Source: Candidatus Poribacteria bacterium
GTDB taxonomy: Bacteria; Poribacteria; WGA-4E; WGA-3G
Assembly (NCBI GenBank): GCA_965242965.1
Contig: OZ251518.1
Span: 1,056,001-1,120,000, forward strand
Length of the DNA stretch: 64,000 nucleotides
Direction: 5' to 3'
Shown: piece after piece, positions 18,430-28,010 of the stretch
Position numbering within the stretch: the stretch's first letter is position 1
How the letters are laid out: the number at the start of each line of letters is the position of its first letter
Notes under the pieces: model-generated
Database searches by the model: none
What the model saw: only the letters and a program-made list of their open reading frames with translations
What the model was told of the DNA's origin: nothing
Program-made: the position numbers and the translations under genes

Positions 18430-19452
18430 TCATTCCGCTATCTCGATGTGCACAGGCAAATCCACTGCTGGAAACACTTCGTTAAGCAACGCGTAGAGTA
18501 ATGGATCTTGCTCTATCAACTTCGCGCGTTGCCACTCATCAGCTAAGTTGTTGCCGTGAATGTCCGTAAACCATTCTTGCGCACCGGTAGCCCAGTATTC
18601 CCCCTCGTTCGTCAGCGCATAATGGTCCGGGATGTCAAAAAAACCCTTGCCCTGCAGTGCCTTCTGATACGCCAGCGTATACGCCGTCCTCAAACGCGTA
18701 CCCCAATCTGGAAAGAGATGTGGATGCTGGGCAAACGCATAATCTATTGCATGCGCCATCTCATGCACCACTATCCCACTGGACAGTCCTGCCTTCTTGC
18801 CGTTTAAGTCCCAATAAATGCCGCTCACCGCAAAATCGCCCGCAAAAAAACCTAAGTATTGGCTGAGCTGCTGCAACTCATAAGGCATGTTCACCGCAAA
18901 GTTGAGGAAGCCCACCAATATATAGCGAAACCTATTTGCAGGCGACAGTGCCTCACGTAACTCGGGCCGTTTCGAGGTCATCGTCAGAATAATCTCGCGT
19001 GCCGCATACAGGAACTCATCGTCTACGCCCGCGGTTGAGGTCCGCTCGGAAGGCGCGATAATGGCGATACCCCCCGCGTCGATATATTTATCATAGAAAA
19101 GCCGGCGATGCACATTTTCGCAGAAGAACTGGAAGGGCCTCGGAGGCAACTTAGTCTGCTCCAGTTCGCCATCCGCATTGAGGTGCTGTCCGTGCCGGAT
19201 GCTTAACAGTTCTTCCAACCGATCGAGTCTTGAGTCCCAACTAAACCACAGCGCATCCTCAATCTCTGTCGGCACCGGTGACACCACCAGCTCGCTCCCG
19301 GTGCCAACAGCAATCTCTGCCGTCAACGGAACGCGCGCCGGCACCGGTGGCGCAGCATCCGGTAAAAGTTCCGTCAGGACCCCGCGGTCGCCATCAAAGC
19401 AACCGATACTCAAAACGACAAACGTCAGACAAACAAACGTGATGATTTTCAT
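18430..19452 (-). CDS. Lipoprotein with zincin-like metallopeptidase domain
   Basis: AAGGAG RBS; lipobox SIGC; VVHEMAHAID (HExxH) and downstream EYWA. Confidence 0.75.
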   Translation of the reverse strand: MKIITFVCLTFVVLSIGCFDGDRGVLTELLPDAAPPVPARVPLTAEIAVGTGSELVVSPVPTEIEDALWFSWDSRLDRLEELLSIRHGQHLNADGELEQTKLPPRPFQFFCENVHRRLFYDKYIDAGGIAIIAPSERTSTAGVDDEFLYAAREIILTMTSKRPELREALSPANRFRYILVGFLNFAVNMPYELQQLSQYLGFFAGDFAVSGIYWDLNGKKAGLSSGIVVHEMAHAIDYAFAQHPHLFPDWGTRLRTAYTLAYQKALQGKGFFDIPDHYALTNEGEYWATGAQEWFTDIHGNNLADEWQRAKLIEQDPLLYALLNEVFPAVDLPVHIEIAE

Positions 19453-19538
19453 GAGTCTCCTTGTTATTCGGGACTGCTTGCTAATTAGCAGACACGCCAG
19501 CAAAGGACTGCTGACGAAAAGAATCTAGTCAGCAGTTT

Positions 19539-20033
19539 GAGGGTATTTCATAACTCCGTTTCGGTATTTATCCGCCTAGGGGGCGGGCGACTCCTGTTCC
19601 CTCTGGGTAGGAGAGCCCTCCCGGTCTTCATGCAACATTAAGGTCCTACGGGCCTTGAGAGGGTGCGGCACGTTTTTCTATAGACATTCAGGTCCTACGG
19701 ACCTAAAAGAGCGGTTTGGTAGACCGCAGCATGGCGAGGGACAGGCCCTCGCCCTACGATGAAAGGAAGCCGTTCTGTCAAGAAGATGTCCGGTTCCCGT
19801 AGCGCGGGGGCCTGTCCCCCGCGAACGTGAAAAAACCGTCCGGTTCCCGTAGCGCGGGGGGCTGTCCCCCGCGAACGTCCCGTAGGAGAGACCTCCTAGT
19901 CTCGATTCCCCCGCGAACGGCCGATGGCACGCGTTAGGAGAGTCAGACCGCCTCACCCCTGTAGGTCAGGATTGTCTGATCTGACCCGTTCGGGAGCGGG
20001 TGCTCCCGAACTACAGAGTTATGAAACACCCTC
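19539..20033. mobile_element. MITE-like element (495 bp) with TIRs and REP cargo
   Basis: Ends GAGGGTATTTCATAACTC / GAGTTATGAAACACCCTC; flanked by AGTCAGCAGTTT and AGTTAGCAGTTT (11/12 direct repeat); no transposase. Confidence 0.75.
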
Positions 20034-20092
20034 AGTTAGCAGTTTAGCATATCGCACCGTTTTTGTCAACTTGCCGAGTTTCTAGTTGCTTG

Positions 20093-20341
20093 CTAATTAG
20101 CAGCCTCGTCCTCATCAGACGCGCCGACAACTGGGTGAAACGCGCCCGACATGATGCGCCCGGCATGCGGCCACGCCTGCGGTCCATCGCCATCAGCAGG
20201 CTGACACACGCTATTGACATGCGCCTGCAACCCCGATTCAAGTGCAGAAAGCGCAGACAGTAATTCTTCCTGATACGGCGAGCTCTCTGCTGAAACCGCC
20301 TGAATTAAGGCGCGATAGGTTTCCAAAATCTCCGTTGACAT
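20093..20341 (-). CDS. Small hypothetical protein (82 aa)
   Basis: AAGGAGAG RBS before ATG 20341; MSTEILETYRALIQAV... Confidence 0.55.
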   Translation of the reverse strand: MSTEILETYRALIQAVSAESSPYQEELLSALSALESGLQAHVNSVCQPADGDGPQAWPHAGRIMSGAFHPVVGASDEDEAAN

Positions 20342-20413
20342 CGTTCTCTCCTTGCTAATTAGCAAGAAAGCGTAGGGTGAGGGACAGCCCCGCGCCCTAC
20401 GCCATGCCGGGTT

Positions 20414-21703
20414 TTATTGACCATGAACGTCGAGATATATGCCGCCAGGGATAGTAAAAAGGACTTCATGGTACAGCTCCTCCTCTCCTTCCCAATACGG
20501 GTAGTCGGCGTAGAGCGCACCTTCGTCCCAACCCCAAATTTCTTGATTCTGGTCTCCAACAGGAACGGCACCGGGAGCATAGTCAGAGATGGCATCGCCA
20601 ATCACAATCATCGTCTCTTCGTGATGGAGAGGCATCCGATAATTAAAGACAATCTTGTTGTCCGAGTCCAAAAACAAAATGGCCTCGGTATACGGGTCCC
20701 ACATAAGCTCGTGATAAGAGTTAACAGGTTGTTCATCTTTCCCCGCTAAAAATTGCTTGTTCTTGAACGGTATGTCGGTCTCCAAAAATCCAGTCTCGTA
20801 TCTCACAAGAACGCGATGCGGGCCGGGACCGAGTGCTTCCGGTATATCAAAGTATATCGTCAGCCGGCCCGTATTGTCCGGTTTCGCATCGTTCGTATAC
20901 GAAATGCCGACGAAGCAAGCACCCTCTTTGCAGACTGTAGCGCGGACGAGCTCTTCACCCCTGAGTAACTGCGGTGTCTCCGCAACTGGCGGCGCAGCCG
21001 AATGTAACTCAAAAGAGCGTTCATAATACTGCCCATCTTCGTTCCAATCCGGGTCTATTGGCGGGTCTCCAACAGGAACGGCACCAGGAGCATCGCCAGA
21101 AATGGCATCACCAATGACAATACGCACCGAATCGGACCCCGGAGCGAACCGATACTTCAAGACAATCTTGTCATCAGCGTCCAAAACGAAAGCAGCCTCT
21201 GTATAGTCGACTTGCTTATACGGCGCGTGGACGTTCCCAGTCGGCTCACTTCTCCGCACAGATTGCTTGTTCTCAAGCGGTATGTCGGTTTGTAGATGGC
21301 CTTCCGGGTATCTCACAAAGACGCGATGTAGGCCGGGACCGAGTGCTTCCGGTATATCAAAGTATAGCGTTAGCTGGCCCGAACCATCCGGTTTCGCATC
21401 GTTCGTATAGGAAATGCCGACGAAGCAAAAATCGGTATCGCAGGCTGTCTCCGCGAGCGTCACTTCGCCGCGACGCGCCGGAAACGTCGCGGCGAGGGTC
21501 TCTTCTTCGGGTGCCGGTGGAGTTTCCTCAACCGCCACTTCTTCTTCCGGTGTCGGCTGAGTCTCCTCAACCGGCACTGTTTCTTCGGGTGCTGGTGCCA
21601 CTTCGCGTGTCACCTGTTCCATCATGGTTTGAGATTCATCGCACCCGCTTAAGAATCCCAGCAGTGCAACTACGGCGACTGCTGCTAGTGTTAAGGTTTT
21701 CAT
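20414..21703 (-). CDS. Lipoprotein with Pro/Glu-rich linker and two tandem ~170-aa domains
   Basis: AAGGAGG RBS; lipobox LSGC; CFVGISYTNDAKPD...YFDIPEALGPG and APGAVPVGD each occur twice. Confidence 0.85.
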   Translation of the reverse strand: MKTLTLAAVAVVALLGFLSGCDESQTMMEQVTREVAPAPEETVPVEETQPTPEEEVAVEETPPAPEEETLAATFPARRGEVTLAETACDTDFCFVGISYTNDAKPDGSGQLTLYFDIPEALGPGLHRVFVRYPEGHLQTDIPLENKQSVRRSEPTGNVHAPYKQVDYTEAAFVLDADDKIVLKYRFAPGSDSVRIVIGDAISGDAPGAVPVGDPPIDPDWNEDGQYYERSFELHSAAPPVAETPQLLRGEELVRATVCKEGACFVGISYTNDAKPDNTGRLTIYFDIPEALGPGPHRVLVRYETGFLETDIPFKNKQFLAGKDEQPVNSYHELMWDPYTEAILFLDSDNKIVFNYRMPLHHEETMIVIGDAISDYAPGAVPVGDQNQEIWGWDEGALYADYPYWEGEEELYHEVLFTIPGGIYLDVHGQ

Positions 21704-21791
21704 TATGTGCCTCCTTGTTTTCCATACATTCTAGCAGCGTTCGCCTGTGTTGTCAAGCATTACCTGCTTTCAAGGGGGCGTTTTTTTCACC

Positions 21792-22462
21792 GTAGCGCGG
21801 GGGCCTGTCCCCCGCGATCGCAGCATGGCGAGGGGAACCCGCTCGCATGCGCGTGTGGCATCCGAGGGCCCGCGCCTTACGGTGAAGGAGGCGATGTTTT
21901 TTTCGTAGTGCGGGGGCCTGTCCCCCGCGAGCTCCATTGTCAAGCGGTGGTGTTTTAGGTCCTTTAGGACCTACATGTCTATAGCAGCAAGTGTCGTCCG
22001 GTTTTCAAGGTCTGTTAGGACCTTAATCGTGGAAAACACGCTGCGAGTCAAAATCTATTAAGACCTAAAGGACCTTAGCGTTTTTTGCAGGCGCGCGTGC
22101 TATAGACATTAAGGTCCTAACGGACCTGAAGAGAACGCGCACCGTTTTTTTTTTCTGTAGTGCGGGGCCTGTCCCCCGCGGTCGTTCATTGCCGGGGAGT
22201 TGTTTCAGCGTTGCAGTTGGCATGGCGAGGGACAGGCCCTCGCCCTACGGTGAAAGGAACGTTTTTTACGGTGAAGGGAACGACGTTTTTTTGTAGTGCG
22301 GGGGCCTGTCCCCCGCGTGTGTTGGGGTGCACGAGCGATGGCGAGGGACAGGCCCTCGCCCTACGGTGAAAGGGGCGATGTTTTTTTTCGTAGTGCGGGG
22401 GCCTGTCCCCCGCGCGTGTTAGGGTGCGCGAGGCATGGCGAGGGACAGGCCCTCGCCCTACG
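21792..22462. repeat. REP-like cluster including a ~170-bp AGGTCC/GGACCT element (21955-22130)
   Basis: Alternating GTAG(C/T)GCGGGGGCCTGTCCCCCGCG and GGCGAGGGACAGGCCCTCGCCCTAC units. Confidence 0.85.
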
Positions 22463-22511
22463 GTGGTAGAGATACGGTGGGTAAGGCGGATTTCTCGGCC
22501 CGCCGCAATTG

Positions 22512-23198
22512 TCAGGAAGCCGCCTGAATGAACGCCTCAAACAACTTCACGCCGTGCGCGCGCTGCGCGCGCTCCTTGAGCATCCGTTCCGGATGATACT
22601 GCACGCCAAGCATAAACCGTTTGGTGGGATTTTCCATCGCCTCAACGATGCCATCTTCGGTGCGGGCCGTGACGACGAACCCATCGCCGAGCGCGTCTAC
22701 CGCCTGATGATGCGCCGAATTCACCGCGTCAACACGTGCGCCGATGATTCCGCTGAGCAAACTTCCCTCGGTTATCTCAATCTCATGCTGAGAATCGCTG
22801 TAGGCGACTTGTGTGTGACACAAGGTTTCCCGTGGCACCGTATCCTCAATATCCTGATACAGGCTTCCACCCATCGCGACGCTCATGATTTGGATGCCAC
22901 GGCAAATTCCAAAGACAGGGAGGTCTGCCTCCAGTGCCTTCTGGAATAGCGGAATCTCTAGTTCGTCGCGCTCTTCATTGACGAATCTCAGCGCGGGGTG
23001 CCACGGTTGGTTAAAATAATCGGGGTGGATATCGCCGCCGCCGGTCAGAAGCAGCCCATCAAGGCCGATGATGCTAGGTTCATCGTCTGGGGTAATGCAG
23101 CGAGGAGTGCCGCCGTGTTGCTTTATCGCGTGCGTATAGTTGTTCATCCCGGTGTCCGCGATGTTGTCTGTTAATGTGATTCCGATGATAGGGGACAT
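22512..23198 (-). CDS. Peptidase C26 / gamma-glutamyl-GABA hydrolase (PuuD-like)
   Basis: DGLLLTGGGDI, GICRGIQ, VNSAHHQAVD, GVQYHPE. Confidence 0.92.
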   Translation of the reverse strand: MSPIIGITLTDNIADTGMNNYTHAIKQHGGTPRCITPDDEPSIIGLDGLLLTGGGDIHPDYFNQPWHPALRFVNEERDELEIPLFQKALEADLPVFGICRGIQIMSVAMGGSLYQDIEDTVPRETLCHTQVAYSDSQHEIEITEGSLLSGIIGARVDAVNSAHHQAVDALGDGFVVTARTEDGIVEAMENPTKRFMLGVQYHPERMLKERAQRAHGVKLFEAFIQAAS

Positions 23199-23223
23199 GA
23201 TGTGCTCCTTTTTTGGTTGTGAT

Positions 23224-23362
23224 GGCGAGGGACAGCCCCTCGCCCTACGTTTGGCTCAGACCGCCTCACCCCTGTAGGTCAGGATCGCCGGATCCTTAAC
23301 CGTTCGGGCTCAGGTGCTCCCGAACTACAGAGGTGGGCGTTGAGCGATTTATGAAACACCCT
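23224..23362. repeat. REP doublet plus TATGAAACACCCTC terminal motif between the two C26 paralogs
   Basis: GTAGGTCAGGATCGCCGGATCCTT...CCCGAACTAC, then the TIR-like end. Confidence 0.8.
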
Positions 23363-23370
23363 CAGCATAA

Positions 23371-24102
23371 TTAGGATGCGGCTGCAATGAACGCCTCAAA
23401 GAGTTTCTCCGCGTGTTCGTCAAAGAGTTTCTCCGCGTGTTCGTCTATCCCCGACTTTTTCATCCGTTCCGGATGGTATTGCACGCCGAGCATAAACCGC
23501 TTGTCGGGATGCTCAATCGCCTCAATGATGCCATCCGCGGGGCTGCGCGCCGTGACGACGAATCCTTCGCCGACTACGTCTACCGCCTGATGATGCGCCG
23601 AATTCACCTCGGCAAAGGGCTCGCCGATGAGGTCGCGGAGTAAACTCCCCTCGGTTATCTCAATTTCATGCCGGGAATCGTCACCCGCTATCTTATGAGG
23701 TAAAGCCTGGGGGAGATTCGGAATATCCGGAATATGTTGGTGGAGGGATCCACCCATCGCGACGCTCATAATCTGGATGCCGCGACAGATGCCGAAGACT
23801 GGCATGTCTGCCTCTAGTGCCTTCTGGAATAGCTCTATCTCTAGCGCGTCGCGAGGGCGGCTAACATCGCCAATATTATCGTGCGGCTCTTGAAAATAAA
23901 CAGATGGATTGATGTCGCAACCGCCGGTCAGCAGCAGGCCATCAATGTGACTAAGGTATTCGGAAATAGACGCGAGGTGCGTGCGAATAGAACTGTCTAG
24001 TGCAGCAAAATTGTGCGGTTCTCCACCGAAATCCTCAATTGCAGTGATATAGTTGTCATCCGATCCGAGCCTATTTGTAGACGTGACTCCGATAACGGGC
24101 AT
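23371..24102 (-). CDS. Peptidase C26 / gamma-glutamyl-GABA hydrolase (PuuD-like), second paralog
   Basis: AGGAGG RBS; same catalytic motifs GICRG and HPE; 24-bp in-frame duplication DEHAEKLF x2. Confidence 0.92.
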   Translation of the reverse strand: MPVIGVTSTNRLGSDDNYITAIEDFGGEPHNFAALDSSIRTHLASISEYLSHIDGLLLTGGCDINPSVYFQEPHDNIGDVSRPRDALEIELFQKALEADMPVFGICRGIQIMSVAMGGSLHQHIPDIPNLPQALPHKIAGDDSRHEIEITEGSLLRDLIGEPFAEVNSAHHQAVDVVGEGFVVTARSPADGIIEAIEHPDKRFMLGVQYHPERMKKSGIDEHAEKLFDEHAEKLFEAFIAAAS

Positions 24103-24198
24103 AATGTTGCCTCCTGTCAAGTGCCTTATTTTTTTCTCAGACTCGTGACTTTCATCAATAATAGGATACCTTATTGCTAATGCAAAATGCAAATCAAT

Positions 24199-24227
24199 TT
24201 GCATTAATACCGAGATTATGGTATAAT
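24199..24227 (+). promoter_or_regulatory. Sigma70-type promoter for miaB
   Basis: TTGCAT-17 bp-TATAAT with TG extension. Confidence 0.65.
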
Positions 24228-24259
24228 TAACGACAAAATACGCGCAAGAGGCACAAAAC

Positions 24260-25651
24260 GTGGACAAAAACAGAATCACCCGTTTACCGATGTATCAGAA
24301 AATTGGGTTAAAACAGACCGCGCCTACCTCGCAAGCGCGCAAGATTTACATTGAGACTTACGGCTGCCAGATGAACGTCAGCGACAGCGAATTGATGGCG
24401 GGCATTCTCACACAGAACGGACACCTGACGGTGTCGCACTTGGACGATGCGGATGTCGTTCTGCTCAATACTTGCGCGATTCGGGAGAACGCCGAGACGA
24501 AGGTGCTTAATCGATTAAAGCAGTTGAACCATCGCAAACGCCGCGACCCGGATTTGATTATCGGGGTGTGCGGGTGCATGGCGCAACACCTCCGCGACCG
24601 GCTGGTGGCGGCGGCACCGTATGTCGATTTGGTGATGGGCCCCGATGCCTATCGACATCTGCCGATGGCACTGAAGGCGGTGACGCATCGCGACCCGTTT
24701 TTAGGCGTGCGGTTAGACAAAAGCGAGGACTACGCCGATATCGCGCCTATCCGCAAAGAGGGCATCCGGGCGTGGCTTACCATCCAGCGCGGGTGTGATA
24801 AGATGTGCACGTTCTGCATCGTGCCGTTCGTGCGCGGAAGGGAACGGAGCCTGCCGCTCAAACTGCTCGTTGAGGATGTCGAAAAATTAGTAGCACAGGG
24901 ATTCAAGGAGGTAGCCCTCCTCGGTCAAACCGTCAATTCATATCGCGACGACGATTACGATTTCGGCGAGCTGCTCTATGCCGTGAGTGATGTGAACGGC
25001 TTGGAGCGCGTCCGCTTTACCTCGCCGCATCCTGCCGATGCCACCGACAGCATGATAGACGCAATGGCGAACTCTCCGAAGGTTTGTAACCACCTGCATC
25101 TCCCGTTGCAATCTGGTTCTACGTCGGTGTTAGAACGGATGCGCCGCACCTATACAGCGGCGGAATACCGGGATTTAGTGGCGAAACTCCGTGAACGCAT
25201 CCCCGATATCGTCCTCACCACGGATATTATCGTCGGCTTCTGTGGGGAAACCGAAGCGGAATTCATGCAGACTTACGAGATGATGGCGGACATCCGTTAC
25301 GATTCGGCGTTTATGTTCAAATATTCTGAACGGGAGGGCACCCTCGCGCATAAGGCGTTTCCCGACGATGTGCCAGAGTCGGAGAAAGGGCGGCGATTAA
25401 CAGAAATCATCGCTTTGCAAGAGAAAATCTCCGCTGAGATTAACGATGCCGCTATCGGGCAAACCTTCACCGTGTTGGTAGAAGGCGTATCCCGGCGCGA
25501 CGCAGAACGGTATTACGGCAAAACAGATGGCTTCAAAACGACGGTATTTCCGAAGGCGGACAGCGCGGTAGGGGAGATGGTTGACGTTTGCATTGAGAGT
25601 GCCACGGCGCATACGTTGATTGGGAGAATTGTAAGGTCTGTAAGACCTTAA
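24260..25651 (+). CDS. miaB: tRNA-2-methylthio-N6-dimethylallyladenosine synthase MiaB
   Basis: TYGCQMNVSDSE, NTCAIRE, GCMAQ, CDKMCTFC radical SAM motif, C-terminal TRAM domain; start uncertain (GTG 24260 or ATG 24290). Confidence 0.95.
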   Translation: MDKNRITRLPMYQKIGLKQTAPTSQARKIYIETYGCQMNVSDSELMAGILTQNGHLTVSHLDDADVVLLNTCAIRENAETKVLNRLKQLNHRKRRDPDLIIGVCGCMAQHLRDRLVAAAPYVDLVMGPDAYRHLPMALKAVTHRDPFLGVRLDKSEDYADIAPIRKEGIRAWLTIQRGCDKMCTFCIVPFVRGRERSLPLKLLVEDVEKLVAQGFKEVALLGQTVNSYRDDDYDFGELLYAVSDVNGLERVRFTSPHPADATDSMIDAMANSPKVCNHLHLPLQSGSTSVLERMRRTYTAAEYRDLVAKLRERIPDIVLTTDIIVGFCGETEAEFMQTYEMMADIRYDSAFMFKYSEREGTLAHKAFPDDVPESEKGRRLTEIIALQEKISAEINDAAIGQTFTVLVEGVSRRDAERYYGKTDGFKTTVFPKADSAVGEMVDVCIESATAHTLIGRIVRSVRP

Positions 25652-26018
25652 TGTCTATAGCAGGCGCGCCCGCGAAGAACCCTAAGGTCCTTTAGGTCCT
25701 TAATAGTTTTTGCCAGGGCCGCGCGTGTTTTATTAAGGACCTAAAGGACCTTGAAAACGGGCAGACACGGGCTGCTATAGACATTAAGGACCTAAAGGAC
25801 CTAAAACGCCATCTCTTGACGCTGGCCAACGCGGGGGAAACCCGCTCGGATGCGCGTATGGCATCCGAGGCCCCCCGCCCTAGGGGAACATCAAGACCAG
25901 GAGGTCTCTCCTACGGGGATGTCGCTTGCATCGAGACCGGGAAGACGCGCCGACAGGAAGAAATCAAGACCAGGAGGTCTCTCCTACGGGGAAGCCAGCG
26001 AGATATGAAACATCCTCA
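25634..26018. repeat. Inverted ~170-bp AGGTCC/GGACCT element plus REP hairpins and TIR-like end
   Basis: Reverse-complement match to 21955-22130 and 39252-39422; supplies the miaB stop codon; ends TATGAAACATCCTC. Confidence 0.85.
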
Positions 26019-26061
26019 TTAAACTGGCACGCAGCTTTATTGGATTGGAATTTTTCCATCT

Positions 26062-26871
26062 ATGCAGAAAATTACGATTAAAAACCAACGTGAAATTGAA
26101 CGGATGCGCCAGAGTGGCAAAGCCGCCGCACACGTGCTACACCGCATCGCTGAGGCAATACAACCCGGCGTTTCCACCGCAGATTTGGAACAGGTAGCGA
26201 AAGAAGCAACGAAGGCTGTCAACGCTATTCCCTCGTTCCTGAACTACAAAATTCCGGACCATCCGCCGTATCCCGCGCGCATCTGCGTTTCACGGAACGA
26301 TGTCGTCATCCACGGCATTCCAAACAAGGCAGAGAAACTGCGCAGCGGCGACATCATCGGCGTGGATACAGCGGTGAAACTCGGCGGCTATCACGGCGAC
26401 AACGCCTTCACTTTTGCTGTCGGCGATGTCTCACCCCACGCGCAACGGCTCCTTGACATCACAAAAGCATCGCTATACGCCGCCATTGCAGAGGCGAAGC
26501 CGGGCAATCGCGTCGGCGACATCGCGGCGCAATTGCAAACCGTCGCCGAATCCGCGGGGTTTTCCGTAATTCAGAATTACGCGGGACACGGCATCGGACG
26601 GCACCTCCATGAGAAACCGGAACTCCCCTGTTTCGGCACACCGGGAAGAGGACCGCGGTTGAGAACCGGGATGGTGCTCGCCATTGAAGCGATGGTGAAT
26701 GCCGGCGGCGCAGACGTGGAATGCCAAGCAGATGGATGGACTATCGCAACTGCAGATGGCAACCTCTCCGCTTTCTTTGAACACACGGTGGCAGTGCTGT
26801 CGGACGGACCGGAAATTCTTACGGGGAGCCCTATCTGGGAGCAGGATTTCCAAGATTTCCAAGATTGCTAG
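26062..26871 (+). CDS. map: Methionine aminopeptidase type I
   Basis: HGIP, GDIIGVD, GYHGD, GHGIGRHLHE, LAIE, FEHTV. Confidence 0.95.
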   Translation: MQKITIKNQREIERMRQSGKAAAHVLHRIAEAIQPGVSTADLEQVAKEATKAVNAIPSFLNYKIPDHPPYPARICVSRNDVVIHGIPNKAEKLRSGDIIGVDTAVKLGGYHGDNAFTFAVGDVSPHAQRLLDITKASLYAAIAEAKPGNRVGDIAAQLQTVAESAGFSVIQNYAGHGIGRHLHEKPELPCFGTPGRGPRLRTGMVLAIEAMVNAGGADVECQADGWTIATADGNLSAFFEHTVAVLSDGPEILTGSPIWEQDFQDFQDC

Positions 26872-26920
26872 GATTTCTAGGATTAGCAAGCAGGATTAGC
26901 AGGATTTCCAAGATTTCTAG
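26839..26920. repeat. 9-bp CAGGATTT/CAAGATTT-type array overlapping the map 3' end
   Basis: GAGCAGGATTTCCAAGATTTCCAAGATTGCTAGGATTTCTAGGATT... Confidence 0.8.
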
Positions 26921-27002
26921 GAGTATAGTTTCCGTTCCGCGACAGTTTTCTTGCATCCGAGCAGGATTTTCGAGAGTGAGCGGGATTATCAGAGAGGAGG
27001 AC

Positions 27003-27671
27003 ATGATGAAGATTCTCACGGTTTTTACGGCAGCACTGCTTTTCGTCTCACTTTACCTCGTCTTCGGGTACGCGCCGATTGAAAGCACTATGCTGGAAGT
27101 TCAGAAGATTTTCTACTTCCATGTCTCTGCGGCTCTTACCGTTTTCGTCGCGTTCGGCGTGAACTTTGTGTTGAGTATCAAATACCTCATCAAACGCAAA
27201 CCGACGGACGATTTGCTTGCTGTCGCCGCCGCCGAGCTCGGCCTGGTTTTCTGCACTATCGCGCTTCTTTCCGGTCCGATTTGGGCGCGTTATGCGTGGA
27301 ATACTTGGTGGAATTGGGAACCGAGGCTGACTAGCACGCTGATCCTCTGGTTGATGTATGTCGGCTATTTTATTTTGCGTTCGGCGTTGGAAGAGGATAA
27401 ACGGAGAATCTACTCCGCCGTGCTCGGCATCATCGCCTACCTTGACGTGCCGATTGTCTATTACGCCGTGGACATCTGGCAAGGCGGGTTGCACCCCGAC
27501 CGGGGGACGAAGTGGAACCTCGCAGCTCCGATGCAGTGGACATGGATGGTATCGCTAGCGGCGTTTATCCTGCTGTTTGTCCTCCTCATGGTTTTGCGGT
27601 ATCAGCAAAAGAAGACAGAGCAGGATTTTCTGGATTTGCGGGATTTCCAGGATTACAACCCTCAGGTCTAA
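27003..27671 (+). CDS. ccmC: Cytochrome c biogenesis heme exporter protein CcmC-like
   Basis: KIFYFHV, SGPIWARYAWNTWWNWEPRLT (WWD motif), six hydrophobic helices. Confidence 0.85.
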   Translation: MMKILTVFTAALLFVSLYLVFGYAPIESTMLEVQKIFYFHVSAALTVFVAFGVNFVLSIKYLIKRKPTDDLLAVAAAELGLVFCTIALLSGPIWARYAWNTWWNWEPRLTSTLILWLMYVGYFILRSALEEDKRRIYSAVLGIIAYLDVPIVYYAVDIWQGGLHPDRGTKWNLAAPMQWTWMVSLAAFILLFVLLMVLRYQQKKTEQDFLDLRDFQDYNPQV

Positions 27672-27683
27672 GGAGAAGTGTTT

Positions 27684-28007
27684 ATGCGCATATTGATTTT
27701 AGCGAGTTGTCTGATTGTGTTCGCGCTCTTTTTGACGACCCAAGTTCCGGTAACCTTAACCGCCGACGAGGTATCGGGTGCGGTTTCGGATGCCATCGCC
27801 GAAGCACAGGTTAACGTTGACGAAGAGGAAGTCACCGCCGCTGTCCAACTTGCTATCGCGAAATTGGAAGCGGCGCAACGGAACCGCCTCAAATATCTCA
27901 CCGGTGCATACTTCGTCATCTGGTTAGTATTTATGCTTTACGTGTTGCGGATAGGACAGGAACAGAAAGCGTTAGACAAACGCCTCGCGCAATTGGAAGG
28001 AGAATAA
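27684..28007 (+). CDS. CcmD-like membrane protein with N-terminal extension
   Basis: C-terminal YLTGAYFVIWLVFMLYVLRIGQEQKALDKRLAQLE; directly after ccmC. Confidence 0.65.
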   Translation: MRILILASCLIVFALFLTTQVPVTLTADEVSGAVSDAIAEAQVNVDEEEVTAAVQLAIAKLEAAQRNRLKYLTGAYFVIWLVFMLYVLRIGQEQKALDKRLAQLEGE

Positions 28008-28010
28008 TAG

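Larger units (their letters stand above)
19479..20366. promoter_or_regulatory. Three copies of palindrome TGCTAATTAGCA (putative operator)
   Basis: At 19479-19490, 20091-20102 and 20353-20364; the last extends to the 16-bp palindrome CTTGCTAATTAGCAAG. Confidence 0.55.

Noticed and set aside
20414-21703. Diversity-generating retroelement TR/VR pair
   Set aside because: Both repeats lie within one CDS, differences are not adenine-specific, and there is no reverse transcriptase in the window
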